A stretch of 64,000 nucleotides of DNA. It comes from Mayamaea pseudoterrestris. Its lineage: Eukaryota. The position numbers and the translations under genes were made by a program. A model generated the notes under the pieces. That model searched no databases. It was not told where the DNA came from and saw nothing but the letters and a program-made list of their open reading frames with translations. The stretch is taken from contig BROI01000001.1 in assembly GCA_027923505.1 (NCBI GenBank), positions 1,860,001 through 1,924,000 of the forward strand, written 5' to 3'. This document shows positions 34,253 through 44,091 of this stretch, one piece after another; within the stretch, counting starts at the first letter, position 1, and every line of letters begins with the position of its first letter.

Positions 34253-35197
34253 TCATAGCACTCCAAACATGCGCCTGGCTTCCTCCGCATCTTCGTCATC
34301 CATGGTATCAAAAGACTGCTTGCCATTATTGTCCAAATGCCCCAAATCCTTGGTTGGATTCAGCTGATCGCGGAGCATCTGCTTGATAGTTTTAATGTCT
34401 GGAAACTCGCCCCGTTCGGCACGATCCCACACGAGCACGTCATTTACATATATCTGAAAGCTACCTCCTTGCGTAGGAGGTCGCGCCGGAAGGAGCGAGA
34501 CGGAATGCAAATCGTCCGAAAAGGTTTGCAGAAACTCTTGGGCAAACCAAGCGGCCCGAAATAGCCACTTGCAGCCAGTGCAGTAGGCGATGGAAATGCT
34601 TGGAAAAGGTGCATTTTGCAGCGTTGGAAGAAGAAACGGAACCGACACTGCTTCTTTTGCCGAGTCAGCTGATAAGGCTGTTGTTGCGTCCGTCGCCGTT
34701 GTTTCTGCTTCCTGCATTACTTTGCGAACATTTGTATCGCTATGACCCAAGTAGCGAGACGGCTCGACTTGATCACGAAGCAGCTGCTTGAGCTCCTTCA
34801 TTTCCGGAAAAGAGCCCTTTTCCTTGCGATCCCAAAGAACATACTCTTCATTGCTGCCAGCATGACATGTGACTGTAAACTGTCCGGCGTTGGAGCTTGG
34901 TAGAAGCGAGACGGCTTGTAGATTCGCATCATTTTCAAACGTTGTCAGCAGCTCCTGCGCCATCCAAAAGCTTCGCAAGCCCCAGCGACAGCCAGTGCAA
35001 TACGCAATGGAGACTTGATAGGGTGACGGTGGCATGGGTGATGTCACATCATTTACCGACGATGCTGACTCACGCAAAAGTGAAGGAGTAATCTTGCTGG
35101 TAAGAATAGCTGCCCGGTGATTCTGAGAAAAAGATTCCGCTTGCACCAAGCATAGTATGCATGTTACAAGCCTTGTGAATCGCTGAAGGACCGCCAT
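34253..35197 (-). CDS. Tandem double SelW/SelT/SelH (Rdx) domain protein, likely plastid-targeted
   Basis: Two CxxC Rdx domains; signal peptide ending AES-F. Confidence 0.88.
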   Translation of the reverse strand: MAVLQRFTRLVTCILCLVQAESFSQNHRAAILTSKITPSLLRESASSVNDVTSPMPPSPYQVSIAYCTGCRWGLRSFWMAQELLTTFENDANLQAVSLLPSSNAGQFTVTCHAGSNEEYVLWDRKEKGSFPEMKELKQLLRDQVEPSRYLGHSDTNVRKVMQEAETTATDATTALSADSAKEAVSVPFLLPTLQNAPFPSISIAYCTGCKWLFRAAWFAQEFLQTFSDDLHSVSLLPARPPTQGGSFQIYVNDVLVWDRAERGEFPDIKTIKQMLRDQLNPTKDLGHLDNNGKQSFDTMDDEDAEEARRMFGVL

Positions 35198-35383
35198 GGT
35201 GACATACCGGTACGCAATGATGTGATGCGCGATCCTTACAGAGTTTCAAAACCGGTCCGACTTGAAAGATCGCGATGTTGATGTCGCAAGCGCGCTCATC
35301 ACCCATCACAAGCATCATGGCCACGCACCATGACAGAAGGTCAAGTCGGATGGCAATCACAACACTATCATAATCACACCACC

Positions 35384-36117
35384 ATGGCCAAACAATCTCT
35401 GATAAAATTGCTGTTGCTGGTCCTCCTTGCCGGCAGCGTTGCTCCATTCTCGCCGCTTGCTTTGTCATCAAGAACATGCGATTCGCATTCATCGACAGCC
35501 TTGCAGGCATCGTCTCGCCGCCAACTTTTAACGACTGCAGCTAGTGCCATTGTACTCGGAAGCCTTCCTTTGGTTGCCCTGGCCAACGTAGATGAGCTTG
35601 CCATGCCAACGGCGGACGAGCAAGCGTCAGCGGATGCGGTACGTGCCTGTTGCGACCATGCTTTCGAACTTTCGAACAATTATAGTTTTGCCTGTGAATA
35701 CACATCCATCCATTCATTGCGCACATTGCTTGATGCAACTATCATGCAAACCCCCTAGACTCGACTCAATTTGCAGTGTCGCGCAGCTTCCATCTGCACC
35801 GAGCTGCCTCCTTTTGGAGCAGGGGAATATTATACTTGGCGTGCAGCTGAGTCCTTTTTCATTCCGTAAAAGATGTCTCTATCCCAACACGTTCTACATT
35901 TTCATATATATATACCAACATTTTTTGTGTTTGTTTTTGTAAGGCTGCCATGGCGGAGCGAATTCGGCGAAAGCGAGAGCTGCAGAAGAAGGCATCCTCG
36001 CCCGTCAAGTTCACCGACAAGTTCTCCAAGGAGCAGGAAAAGCAAAAGGAACTAAAGTCGCAGACTCAAGAGGAGCGACGAAACGCATTGTGCGAAGAGT
36101 TGGGACGGGGTTGCTAA
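35384..36117 (+). CDS. Small putative thylakoid-lumen protein (exons 35384-35638 and 35944-36117)
   Basis: Signal, transit and twin-arginine SRRQLL..ALA peptides; in-frame splice to ...ERRNALCEELGRGC*. Confidence 0.75.
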
Positions 36118-36271
36118 ATGAATTGAGATTGGTTTATTCTCTGCCTCTTCTTCGATCGCATTCTCTTGGAGAGACTAATGCTAACATGCCACCTTTGCTA
36201 CAAAACGCAAACAGTCCAGTGTTTCGATCGACCCTGTAATCGTCTGCTAGCTATTTAAAGTCTTTATTATA

Positions 36272-36787
36272 TTACAATTCTGGTTCTAGACCGCCTTCAA
36301 CGACTGCCACAATATCCCTTGCTCTCATGAAGCTAAGTTTCTTGCCGTCTATCGTCTCTTCGTCCTTCGGCCCAATGCCCCATGGATTCTTCGAAACAAT
36401 GACATCACCCGGCTTGATGTTTGGCATGGGCAGAATCCTTCCATTCTCCGCTTCTTCACCGGGTCCAACACTGAGAACTTTACACAGGAGCAACTTTGGC
36501 AAATCAACGTCAGGAACAAATAGACCAGACTCCGTCTTGGGTCGTCCCTGGATGCGCTCCACCAGAACCATGTCATAGTGGCAGCGCCAGTTTTGCGTCG
36601 AGTCGGCCGTTTCCACCACCAACCGACCAATTCCAGCTCCTCCTTGGTACTTTTTGTTCACGTTGCGGCCAATGGCAGCCAGTCGCTCGGGATCAGCGGC
36701 TGGTAACGAGGACAGCGCAAGGGCAGTAGTTGAAAGAAGGCATAGCCATAGACAGGCCAATGCCAGGCGATATTGGGGAAGCTGCAT
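36272..36787 (-). CDS. GroES/Cpn10-like co-chaperonin, organelle-targeted
   Basis: YDMVLVER..KTESGLFVP..VLSVGPG..IKPGDVI..DGKKLSFMRARDIVAVVE. Confidence 0.85.
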   Translation of the reverse strand: MQLPQYRLALACLWLCLLSTTALALSSLPAADPERLAAIGRNVNKKYQGGAGIGRLVVETADSTQNWRCHYDMVLVERIQGRPKTESGLFVPDVDLPKLLLCKVLSVGPGEEAENGRILPMPNIKPGDVIVSKNPWGIGPKDEETIDGKKLSFMRARDIVAVVEGGLEPEL

Positions 36788-37351
36788 ATTGCTGGATTTA
36801 AAGCAGAGCTAGAATATCAAGAGACAAGCAGTTGCGACGATTGTTCCCAACATTAACAAGTCAAAGGAAGCGACGGTCGCAAACGACGGCCATCACAAAA
36901 GGGATGAACGTCAGTCAGTCACGATGCGACCTAAGACAGCGCGAGCCCCACCCTGACGAAATATCACAGGGCGTCATCGTTTCGTGAATAGCCAGAAGTA
37001 TAGTAGCCTTTTGTGCATTTGCGAGAATTCTGACACCACCATGACCCGGTAGGAACAGTGGAGTAAATTCCGCGAAGGAAAGGTTGCTTGCCTTATTCCA
37101 CGCCTCACAATCGGTCGTTGAACGTGTTAATGGATCTGCAACGACTGTAACGAACATGACAAAACTAGCATAATGCGACTGCGATCCCTTTGCGTTATTG
37201 GCGCTTGCTGGAGGCTGCCAAAGGCCACGAGTACTGAGAATGCGACAAGAACGAAGCGCAATCTTCAGCACTTTCCGGTGAGTAGCAAGTATAACAGATA
37301 TTTTGCCGTGCGAAACACCAGATCGTTATACTGCTAATAGCGTTCTCACCC

Positions 37352-39022
37352 TTGAGTGAAAATTTTCAGTACATGCAGCTTAATGATGCTAACTTTCCTC
37401 GATTTCAGCCAGATGCAGACATGGATGATGCCAATCTCGATGTGAAACAACGCAAATACGACAAGGCTTTGGGCAGCATAAATCCGGATGGAGACATTGT
37501 ATACGCATCGTTTTTCGCGCCCAAACCAAGAGATATTCTCCAGGGTGTGCTTGGATCCTTAAGAAACGTTGTGCTTGGAAGTTTCATGTGCCTGGCAGTC
37601 TTTGGTGCCTCCATTTATTTGGCTTTTATCGGCAAAGGGTTCTTTTGGGGACTCATTTCAATACTTGTCGGATCCGTCATTTCCGTTGGCGTTGCGGCTT
37701 ATACAGTGCTCCAAATATTATATCAACTGTTGGTTGGCTTGTACAAGACGCCAAGTTCAGTAAAGGCTTGGCGGAACGGCGAAGTCTGGCATCCCGAGCA
37801 ACGAGTGTGGACAAATTACACGCTTGCGGAGGAAAAGCAAGAACTGAAGCAACGCGAAAAGCCTTATTTGTACGTGCCAATCAACCAGACGTATTACGCC
37901 ATGTTGGGCGTACCATTTGGCGCAACCGCTTTAGAAGTTGGAAAGGCGTACGACATTTTGGCAAAGAAACTAAAAGACGACAATATTGATGACGTAACAG
38001 CTCACTCTAAACTTGTCAACTTTTACCAAGCGTACCGGACTTTATCAAACAGCACGTTACGGGACGAGTATGACAGGATTGGTGTGACCTCGGACGATCA
38101 TGATATATTCCCATTCAACACCCAGGCTTTCGTCGACACTCTGCTGGACTGTGAAAAGGCTGCGTCAACGTTCGGAGAGTTGCGGGTGATTACTTTTGTC
38201 GATAGGATCAAGGATATGATTGTTCTTGTCAGTATACACGAAGGGGAAAATGTTCCCGACGTTATGGAGCTGAACCCTCACGTTAAAAGCGGAATCGAAA
38301 GTATGCTTGCCGACATTATAGTGACGGGCTGGGGAGACTACCAGCGTAATCGTCAGATCAGAATTGCCGAGACATTTCTGGAACTTATAGATGGATATGT
38401 GAATGAGCTAGTTTCGAGAGAGGACTTTGAAGTTGCGTGTCGCGCATTTGCTGAAGCAATCGGTGATTCATTGTTCGGCCACAAGTTTCTCTCGTTGATA
38501 GGAGACGCGCTTGTCAATGAGGCTGATGAATACAGGAGACCGTTCTCGTTTTTCAGTTGGTCAAGTTTTTACTATTGCGCGTGGAACATTATGATCTCAT
38601 CGTTCCAAGTCTTGACCACGCATCAGTCTATTATTAATCGTATCAAAGCCAACGCCAATGCCAATGAAAACGAGATCAAGGTCAGCAAGAAAACGCTGAC
38701 GGATAAGTTGCAGTCTATTCTCCCTTTGTATATTGATGGAATGTGGTCCGTCATGGCATACGACATTGCCGAAACGATGAATCGGGTTTGCTGGAGGCTG
38801 CTATCCGACACTTCAGTTACCTCAACGACGCGACGGCGCCGCGCGAAAGCGCTCCTCCTATTAGGACGCGCAATGCGAGAAGTACAAGATGCGACATGTG
38901 CTGTACTAAAAGACCGCATTGCGCCAGCTATCAAGGCTGCCACGAGTGCTGGCAGCAACCTGCAGAACGAAGCGATGAATGGATCCGACTTGACAGACTA
39001 CCAGCATACACAAACAGCTTAA
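37352..39022 (+). CDS. Membrane DnaJ-like / DnaJ-X domain protein (5' exon uncertain)
   Basis: YYAMLGVP..AY..LA..AYRTLSN..RDEYDRIG J-fold plus C-terminal RRRRAKALLLLG X-domain-like motif. Confidence 0.7.
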   Translation: MSENFQYMQLNDANFPRFQPDADMDDANLDVKQRKYDKALGSINPDGDIVYASFFAPKPRDILQGVLGSLRNVVLGSFMCLAVFGASIYLAFIGKGFFWGLISILVGSVISVGVAAYTVLQILYQLLVGLYKTPSSVKAWRNGEVWHPEQRVWTNYTLAEEKQELKQREKPYLYVPINQTYYAMLGVPFGATALEVGKAYDILAKKLKDDNIDDVTAHSKLVNFYQAYRTLSNSTLRDEYDRIGVTSDDHDIFPFNTQAFVDTLLDCEKAASTFGELRVITFVDRIKDMIVLVSIHEGENVPDVMELNPHVKSGIESMLADIIVTGWGDYQRNRQIRIAETFLELIDGYVNELVSREDFEVACRAFAEAIGDSLFGHKFLSLIGDALVNEADEYRRPFSFFSWSSFYYCAWNIMISSFQVLTTHQSIINRIKANANANENEIKVSKKTLTDKLQSILPLYIDGMWSVMAYDIAETMNRVCWRLLSDTSVTSTTRRRRAKALLLLGRAMREVQDATCAVLKDRIAPAIKAATSAGSNLQNEAMNGSDLTDYQHTQTA

Positions 39023-39130
39023 AAGTTTAGTGTGACATGTCAAGCTTTAATGTTAGCATAGCGTACATACATTGCATCTGCGTCGTATAAGCATCTTTGT
39101 ACAATGTTTCAATTCGTACAACTGTCATGA

Positions 39131-40093
39131 TCAAAAACCATATGCAAGCTCCAGACTCTGGTAAATTTGTTCAAAGTCGGCGTTGCTTCCAATCGGAACA
39201 GCCGCCGCAACGCTTGCCATAAACTTCTGCAAACGACTCTCGGCAACGCCGTCCATGCGCGCCGCATATACAACACTGGCCAATCCAACCAAGGACTCCC
39301 TGCAGCCAATCATGGTGCCAGCCGTCATGGCCAGCTCGGTCAATGTCAATGCCGTGTTTTGCAGTCGCGTCGACTGCAGTTCTTTTGGAAATACTTGGAG
39401 CAGCAACTTGACATGTGAAGCACTCGTCGGCGGATTCACGCGGTAGTCGAGTCCCTTGAGCAAGTCAAGCTCCGTCAAGCTAACATCCGTTTCCGAATAA
39501 AATCCGCGCGACATGTTGACCAGCGACTCGATTCCAATCTTGCGCGGGTACGGCTCGTTGAGTTTAATCACTAGATAGAGACACGTCATGCTGAATAGCT
39601 GAAAGTCGTCGCGGGTAATGGGAGCCGCCTGCGGCTTGCGTAGTTCGAGAGACACGTAGCGATCCAGCAGGTTCATGGACATTTGCACCAACTCGCGATC
39701 CATGTTGAACGAGTCAACCACGACGGTGGCCCAGTCAATCATTTGATGTCGCCAAAAGCGAAAAGAGTTTGTATTGGCAGTGCTGCTATGAGGTTGTTGT
39801 TGTTGTTGTGACGTAGCTGCTGTCCGAGATTGTGACTGCTGAATGCGGCCAATCTCTTGAACGTCCTGCAGCGATGTGCTCGATAAAGAGTTCTTCATCA
39901 ACGTTTCGTGGCTGCTGGATGAACTTGAATCGTCAGTCAAAACTGTCGAAGCGACTGCTGCAGCTGGAGAAGAAGATACGGTTGGCTGTCTGCTCGTGTA
40001 GTCGTACTTGACAATGTAATGCCGATCCTCGCAGTCGACCAATGCTGCAAGGCTGTCCAGCACGCTATCAATGGTTGCTTGTTCGTTATCCAT
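39131..40093 (-). CDS. Cyclin (diatom-specific type)
   Basis: Cyclin box WRHQMIDW..VVD..DRELV..MNLLDRY..FQLFSMTCLYLVIKL. Confidence 0.9.
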   Translation of the reverse strand: MDNEQATIDSVLDSLAALVDCEDRHYIVKYDYTSRQPTVSSSPAAAVASTVLTDDSSSSSSHETLMKNSLSSTSLQDVQEIGRIQQSQSRTAATSQQQQQPHSSTANTNSFRFWRHQMIDWATVVVDSFNMDRELVQMSMNLLDRYVSLELRKPQAAPITRDDFQLFSMTCLYLVIKLNEPYPRKIGIESLVNMSRGFYSETDVSLTELDLLKGLDYRVNPPTSASHVKLLLQVFPKELQSTRLQNTALTLTELAMTAGTMIGCRESLVGLASVVYAARMDGVAESRLQKFMASVAAAVPIGSNADFEQIYQSLELAYGF

Positions 40094-40517
40094 GATGAGA
40101 AATGTGAGTGATGAGATGAGATCTTTGCAGTACTGTAGCAGCAGGAAAAAGCCTCTTGCACCGATTTTATGATCCGACGAGAAAGAGTTGCACTTGAACC
40201 AAAGGCCAATAAAAATCGGATGTGGTGGATGCAACGTGTGGTTTCAGACGCATCCGAAACTTCCACGTCGACTCATTTTGAAGTTGGGATTGCAACGTAG
40301 TGTCAAAGAAAGTGTACGCAGCTGTTGCGTAGACAATGTGGCGTGACATACGTCGCTGGTCAGCGACGCGATCTGGAGCGTCCGGTAAAACGTCTTTTCG
40401 CCGAAAAATGTCGTACTGGTACTCATTTTTCCGTTGAGAAGCTTTAAAGCCGTTGAATGCTTGGCCGGCGCGGCGAGCCGGCCTGTCCAGCTGTTTCGTA
40501 AGCGGTGAAATCGCATA

Positions 40518-40600
40518 GTCAGAAGAATTCTTTCTATCTATGACTCAGTAAGAAGAATTCTTTCTATCAATGACATAGAAAGAAGAATTCTTTCTATCTA
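40518..40600. repeat. Subterminal repeats AGAAGAATTCTTTCTATC x3 (related copies at 45252-45340)
   Basis: Directly visible near both ends of the transposon. Confidence 0.8.
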
Positions 40601-40745
40601 TTACTTCGACAGAAATGTCATTAAAACACTCTACTATACAAAATAAAGTACTAAGTTGAAGTCGGTAAGTATCATTGGTCACTAAAAGTCATTTTAATGC
40701 ACCGCCATCCTTGACGTGGAACTTGTCGCCGTCGATGCTCATGGC

Positions 40746-41252
40746 TTACCGCTCGTTGCGACGCCAACCGTAGTCAGCATTGAACCTGCGCGTTCGTAAA
40801 ACCTGCTGGATCTTGTCACTAAAGACCTTTAAAGAATACTCCTGGTACTCGTCCCGCGAGGCATAAAGCTCTTGTGGCGTGGCATTCCCTTCAAGGTACT
40901 CGTCAATGTCAGCGTCAAGGAACAAGGATGCTGCAGAACCTTCCCATCGAGGCTCCCCTCGTTCGTTATGCGTTGGTTTTGGATACAAGAGACGATCATG
41001 ATTATACGCTTCAGTATCAGAGACAGCTCGTTCTTTTCGATCTAAAAGGATCTTTCGCAAGCTTCGCAAACGTCCGGCAAACTTGCTGTAGTCCGTTGCC
41101 TGGTACTCGGGACGAAGATTGTATACATCCTTTGGCTTCATGTAATTAGATTCAAGTGGTACTCGTCCGCTTTCCAAGTCCTCCTGTAGAAGCTTCTTTG
41201 CTTGGCTGCATTCCCAGCGGCCGAAGGCCGCTGCCCCTTCATGCGCCGCCAT
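40746..41252 (-). CDS. Transposon accessory protein with two W..S.A..L..D repeats (putative DNA-binding partner)
   Basis: RWECSQAKKLLQED..RPEYQ and RWEGSAASLFLDAD..RDEYQ internal duplication; lies inside the TIRs. Confidence 0.7.
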   Translation of the reverse strand: MAAHEGAAAFGRWECSQAKKLLQEDLESGRVPLESNYMKPKDVYNLRPEYQATDYSKFAGRLRSLRKILLDRKERAVSDTEAYNHDRLLYPKPTHNERGEPRWEGSAASLFLDADIDEYLEGNATPQELYASRDEYQEYSLKVFSDKIQQVLRTRRFNADYGWRRNER

Positions 41253-41798
41253 GGTGAAATACGGAATGCGCGCAAATGTAATGGACGGCCGACACGTCGA
41301 GGAACCCGTCGGAGTCGCCATTGGAGCTACTTTAGCTTCCGGTTGAAACTCTACGTAGATCTCTACGTAAAACAGCTGCGTCACGCGTGTCAATGGTGTC
41401 AGAATTTAAACTGCGCCTCATTGAGCGATATGCTCGCCGCTCCGCGCACAATCGAGCATGGAGCGTCGCCAAGTTGTAGATCCTCCATCTGACTCTTCTT
41501 CTTCTTCTTCCTCCTCCTCCTCCTCCGGCGACGAGTCCGGCAGCGAAGACGAAGACAGCTCTTCCTATCGCTCACCAAGACGCATTGTATCTCCTTCTCG
41601 TTCGAGAGCGGACGGCTTGAAACTTGCAACTCAGCGCAAACTTGTACGTGCGCTCATAGCAAGCGGCGGGCTCCATAACGCTTCTCTTGCTAGTATTTGC
41701 AGACGCGATACTCAAGCTTTTGGTAAAACAAACACTGCTCTTCGCAAGGCGGTCCAAAACAAAGTTCAATTTTGGAAGAACCTTGGTCCGGCAGAATA

Positions 41799-42474
41799 TA
41801 GCAGGTTGCACACGAAAAACAGCAACCAGAGCGATACCTTTACTTGTCATAGTGCATGGTGCCTTGTATGCAGCATATAGTACACTAGCAGACGGAAAAG
41901 TAGCAGCGTGTTTAGAGGTGATATAGCCGGTTATCCTTGGTTCGATTCCGAGGTGCGCTACTTTTAACGGCATAGTGATACTACTTTCTGTTGCATACCT
42001 GCTATGGTAGCGTCCCTATCGAGAGATCTGGACTGAGGCTGCTGGTTCGAGTTGCGATCGAATCAAGCGAAGAAAAAGCAAAAATTCACTGGTTGCACGG
42101 GTTTGTCACGAACGAACGATGGGGAGTCGCGGACCCTGGGGAGTGCACAAAGATGCGCCGAGCCCGAAACGCCGCAGGAAAAACTGAAAAGTGACATTCC
42201 CCCGCGAGACGAAAATGCCAGCTGAAACGGAAGACGAGTTAGCACTATGACGCGCAAAGCTAGGGGAGTAGCAGGTTGCACACGAAAAACAGCAACCAGA
42301 GCGATACCTTTACTTGTCATAGTGCATGGTGCCTTGTATGCAGCATATAGTACACTAGCAGACGGAAAAGTAGCAGCGTGTTTAGAGGTGATATAGCCGG
42401 TTATCCTTGGTTCGATTCCGAGGTGCGCTACTTTTAACGGCATAGTGATACTACTTTCTGTTGCATACCTGCTA
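41799..42474 (+). mobile_element. TRIM (miniature non-autonomous LTR retrotransposon), 676 bp
   Basis: Identical 206-bp LTRs at 41799-42004 and 42269-42474; PBS TGGTAGCG at 42005; PPT AGGGGAG at 42262-68; AATA target duplication. Confidence 0.93.
41902..41960 (+). ncRNA. tRNA-like Pol III module in the 5' LTR (second copy at 42372-42430)
   Basis: T-arm CTTGG-TTCGATT-CCGAG, acceptor-like AGCAGCG/GTGCGCT+A, A-box-like GTGTTTAGAGG, followed by TTTT. Confidence 0.7.
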
Positions 42475-43389
42475 AATACGAGCAAGTCGTTCACGCTTTA
42501 CTTGGAACCAGCTCGACACCGGTACAACAGCCAGCAGCATCCTCTCAAAAAAGTCGCCGTCCATCAACTCAAATTGAGCAGCTTACAATGGATCCTTCTT
42601 CTTCTCTTTCGCTTGTTCGGCCTTGTAAGTTTTTCTCGAGTCGCATCGGTGTGCACACATTGGTGCGCGCTGCGCTTCCTTTCTGTTGCCCTTCAATTGA
42701 TCACAATCGCCTCGTCATCTTGCTCTCTACTAACGCGCTGTATCTTTTCATTAGTGGTCATTCAAGTCGACGTTACCAATCCATGGAATAATGGCGAATT
42801 CAACGTTTGGACCGTTCGGGATTACGAGCTTGCAAACAACCGGGGTTTTATTGACGGGTACGAGATTGAGTTTGCCAACGCCAACCTTCGCGACTTTGCC
42901 AAAGGCAACTATGAAGCGCGCCTTATCAGCAAGAACACGGTAGAGATGCGCCTTCCAATCCTTCCTCTTTTGTTTTTGCAAGACGACGCTTACTTGGGCA
43001 GCGCCATCAATCCGTCCTCCAAACCACGCCTCGATCTTCGAGCCGCCTTTCTTGCCAAGCAGGTACAACAAATGCATCGTTTTGTACATTTGCGCTTCCC
43101 TGATGACATTACCAACAAGTTCTTTCTTCCTGGTGGACGGACCGACGAGACGCTCCTTGACATTGAATCATTCCCCCACACTGGCAGCATCGAGTTGCCT
43201 GAGGCGACTATCCGGAGCCTCATGCTTCGTCAACAACCACTTGTTGCTCATTTATGGCGCGAGACGCGGCTTGTTTGGCGAGTTGCCCTTAATGTTGAGC
43301 CGCGCGTTTCAGTCATGCCTTCTATTCGAGCTGATGGTTCGTCTCAATTGGAATCATTGTTTACCGGCCTTGGAATTTAGTAGTGTACA

Positions 43390-43914
43390 ATGATACTAAC
43401 CGTTGAGTTTCTTGTCTTCTACATTGTCACTTTAGGTATGCACGCTTTCTTTTCTAGCGTATATGGTCCAAGTGCTGCCTCGCAAATGCAAGCAGTTGTT
43501 CCGTTTGTTGCTGCGCCCGTCGCTCCTGCTCCTGTCGCCTCGTCCTCTGCCATTGCGGCTGCTCCTGTCGCCTCCTCTGCCATTGCTGCTCCTACGCTCG
43601 GATCATTGCAGCTTGCGGAACTGCTGGCTGATACTGATGCGCTTATGGTTGATCTTAATCGTCGAAAGCGATTGGCCGCAGAAGTCGGAGAGCGGCAGAA
43701 TGAGGACGAGGACGAGGAGGAGGAACACGTGTCGTTCGAGTCACCGCGAAAGCGCCAAGCAAAGGAGAATGAGCTTGTCTTGCAGCACCAACCTGATCAA
43801 GTATGGGGGGCATTGCCAGTTGAAGATATTGATGTTGCGGAAGAGGAGGAGGAGAAGGAGGACGACCCGTACGACCCGTTTGACTACGGCGTAGATGGCG
43901 ACCCTGATATGTAG
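43390..43914 (+). CDS. Ala/Glu-rich ORF inside the transposon (extra exon or fourth gene)
   Basis: 174-aa low-complexity ORF; splice-like signals near 43436-43457. Confidence 0.35.
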   Translation: MILTVEFLVFYIVTLGMHAFFSSVYGPSAASQMQAVVPFVAAPVAPAPVASSSAIAAAPVASSAIAAPTLGSLQLAELLADTDALMVDLNRRKRLAAEVGERQNEDEDEEEEHVSFESPRKRQAKENELVLQHQPDQVWGALPVEDIDVAEEEEEKEDDPYDPFDYGVDGDPDM

Positions 43915-44091
43915 ACGGGACCACGAATGATCATGAGATGTAGCTGGTACTTTGCTACATAATTATCTTGTAATTATCAAGCCATTGCATTAATTATAGT
44001 AATTAGATTGGAATAGATACATGCGTCTTTGCAGGAGGCAAAAGAGCTGCAGCAGAAAAGCGGTGCGCAGCAACGGCAGCAGGTCCCAGCG

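Larger units (their letters stand above)
31571..35171 (+). repeat. Segmental duplication, copy B
   Basis: Direct homology with 14520-23760. Confidence 0.9.
41458..43380 (+). pseudogene. Third transposon gene, interrupted by a TRIM
   Basis: Removing 41799-42478 and intron 42625-42754 gives one open frame: ...KVQFWKNLGPAEYEQVVH...LVRPLVIQVDVTNPWNNGEF... Confidence 0.75.

Noticed and set aside
22839..35197. Selenoprotein (Sec/SECIS) in the SelW-like genes
   Set aside because: All four motifs are CxxC with Cys codons; no in-frame TGA.
40518..40600. CRISPR-like repeat-spacer array
   Set aside because: Only three 18-bp repeats with ~12-bp spacers, in a eukaryotic transposon subterminal region, and no cas genes.
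41902..41960. Functional tRNA gene
   Set aside because: Only 59 nt, no proper anticodon arm and a bulged acceptor stem; reported as tRNA-like instead.
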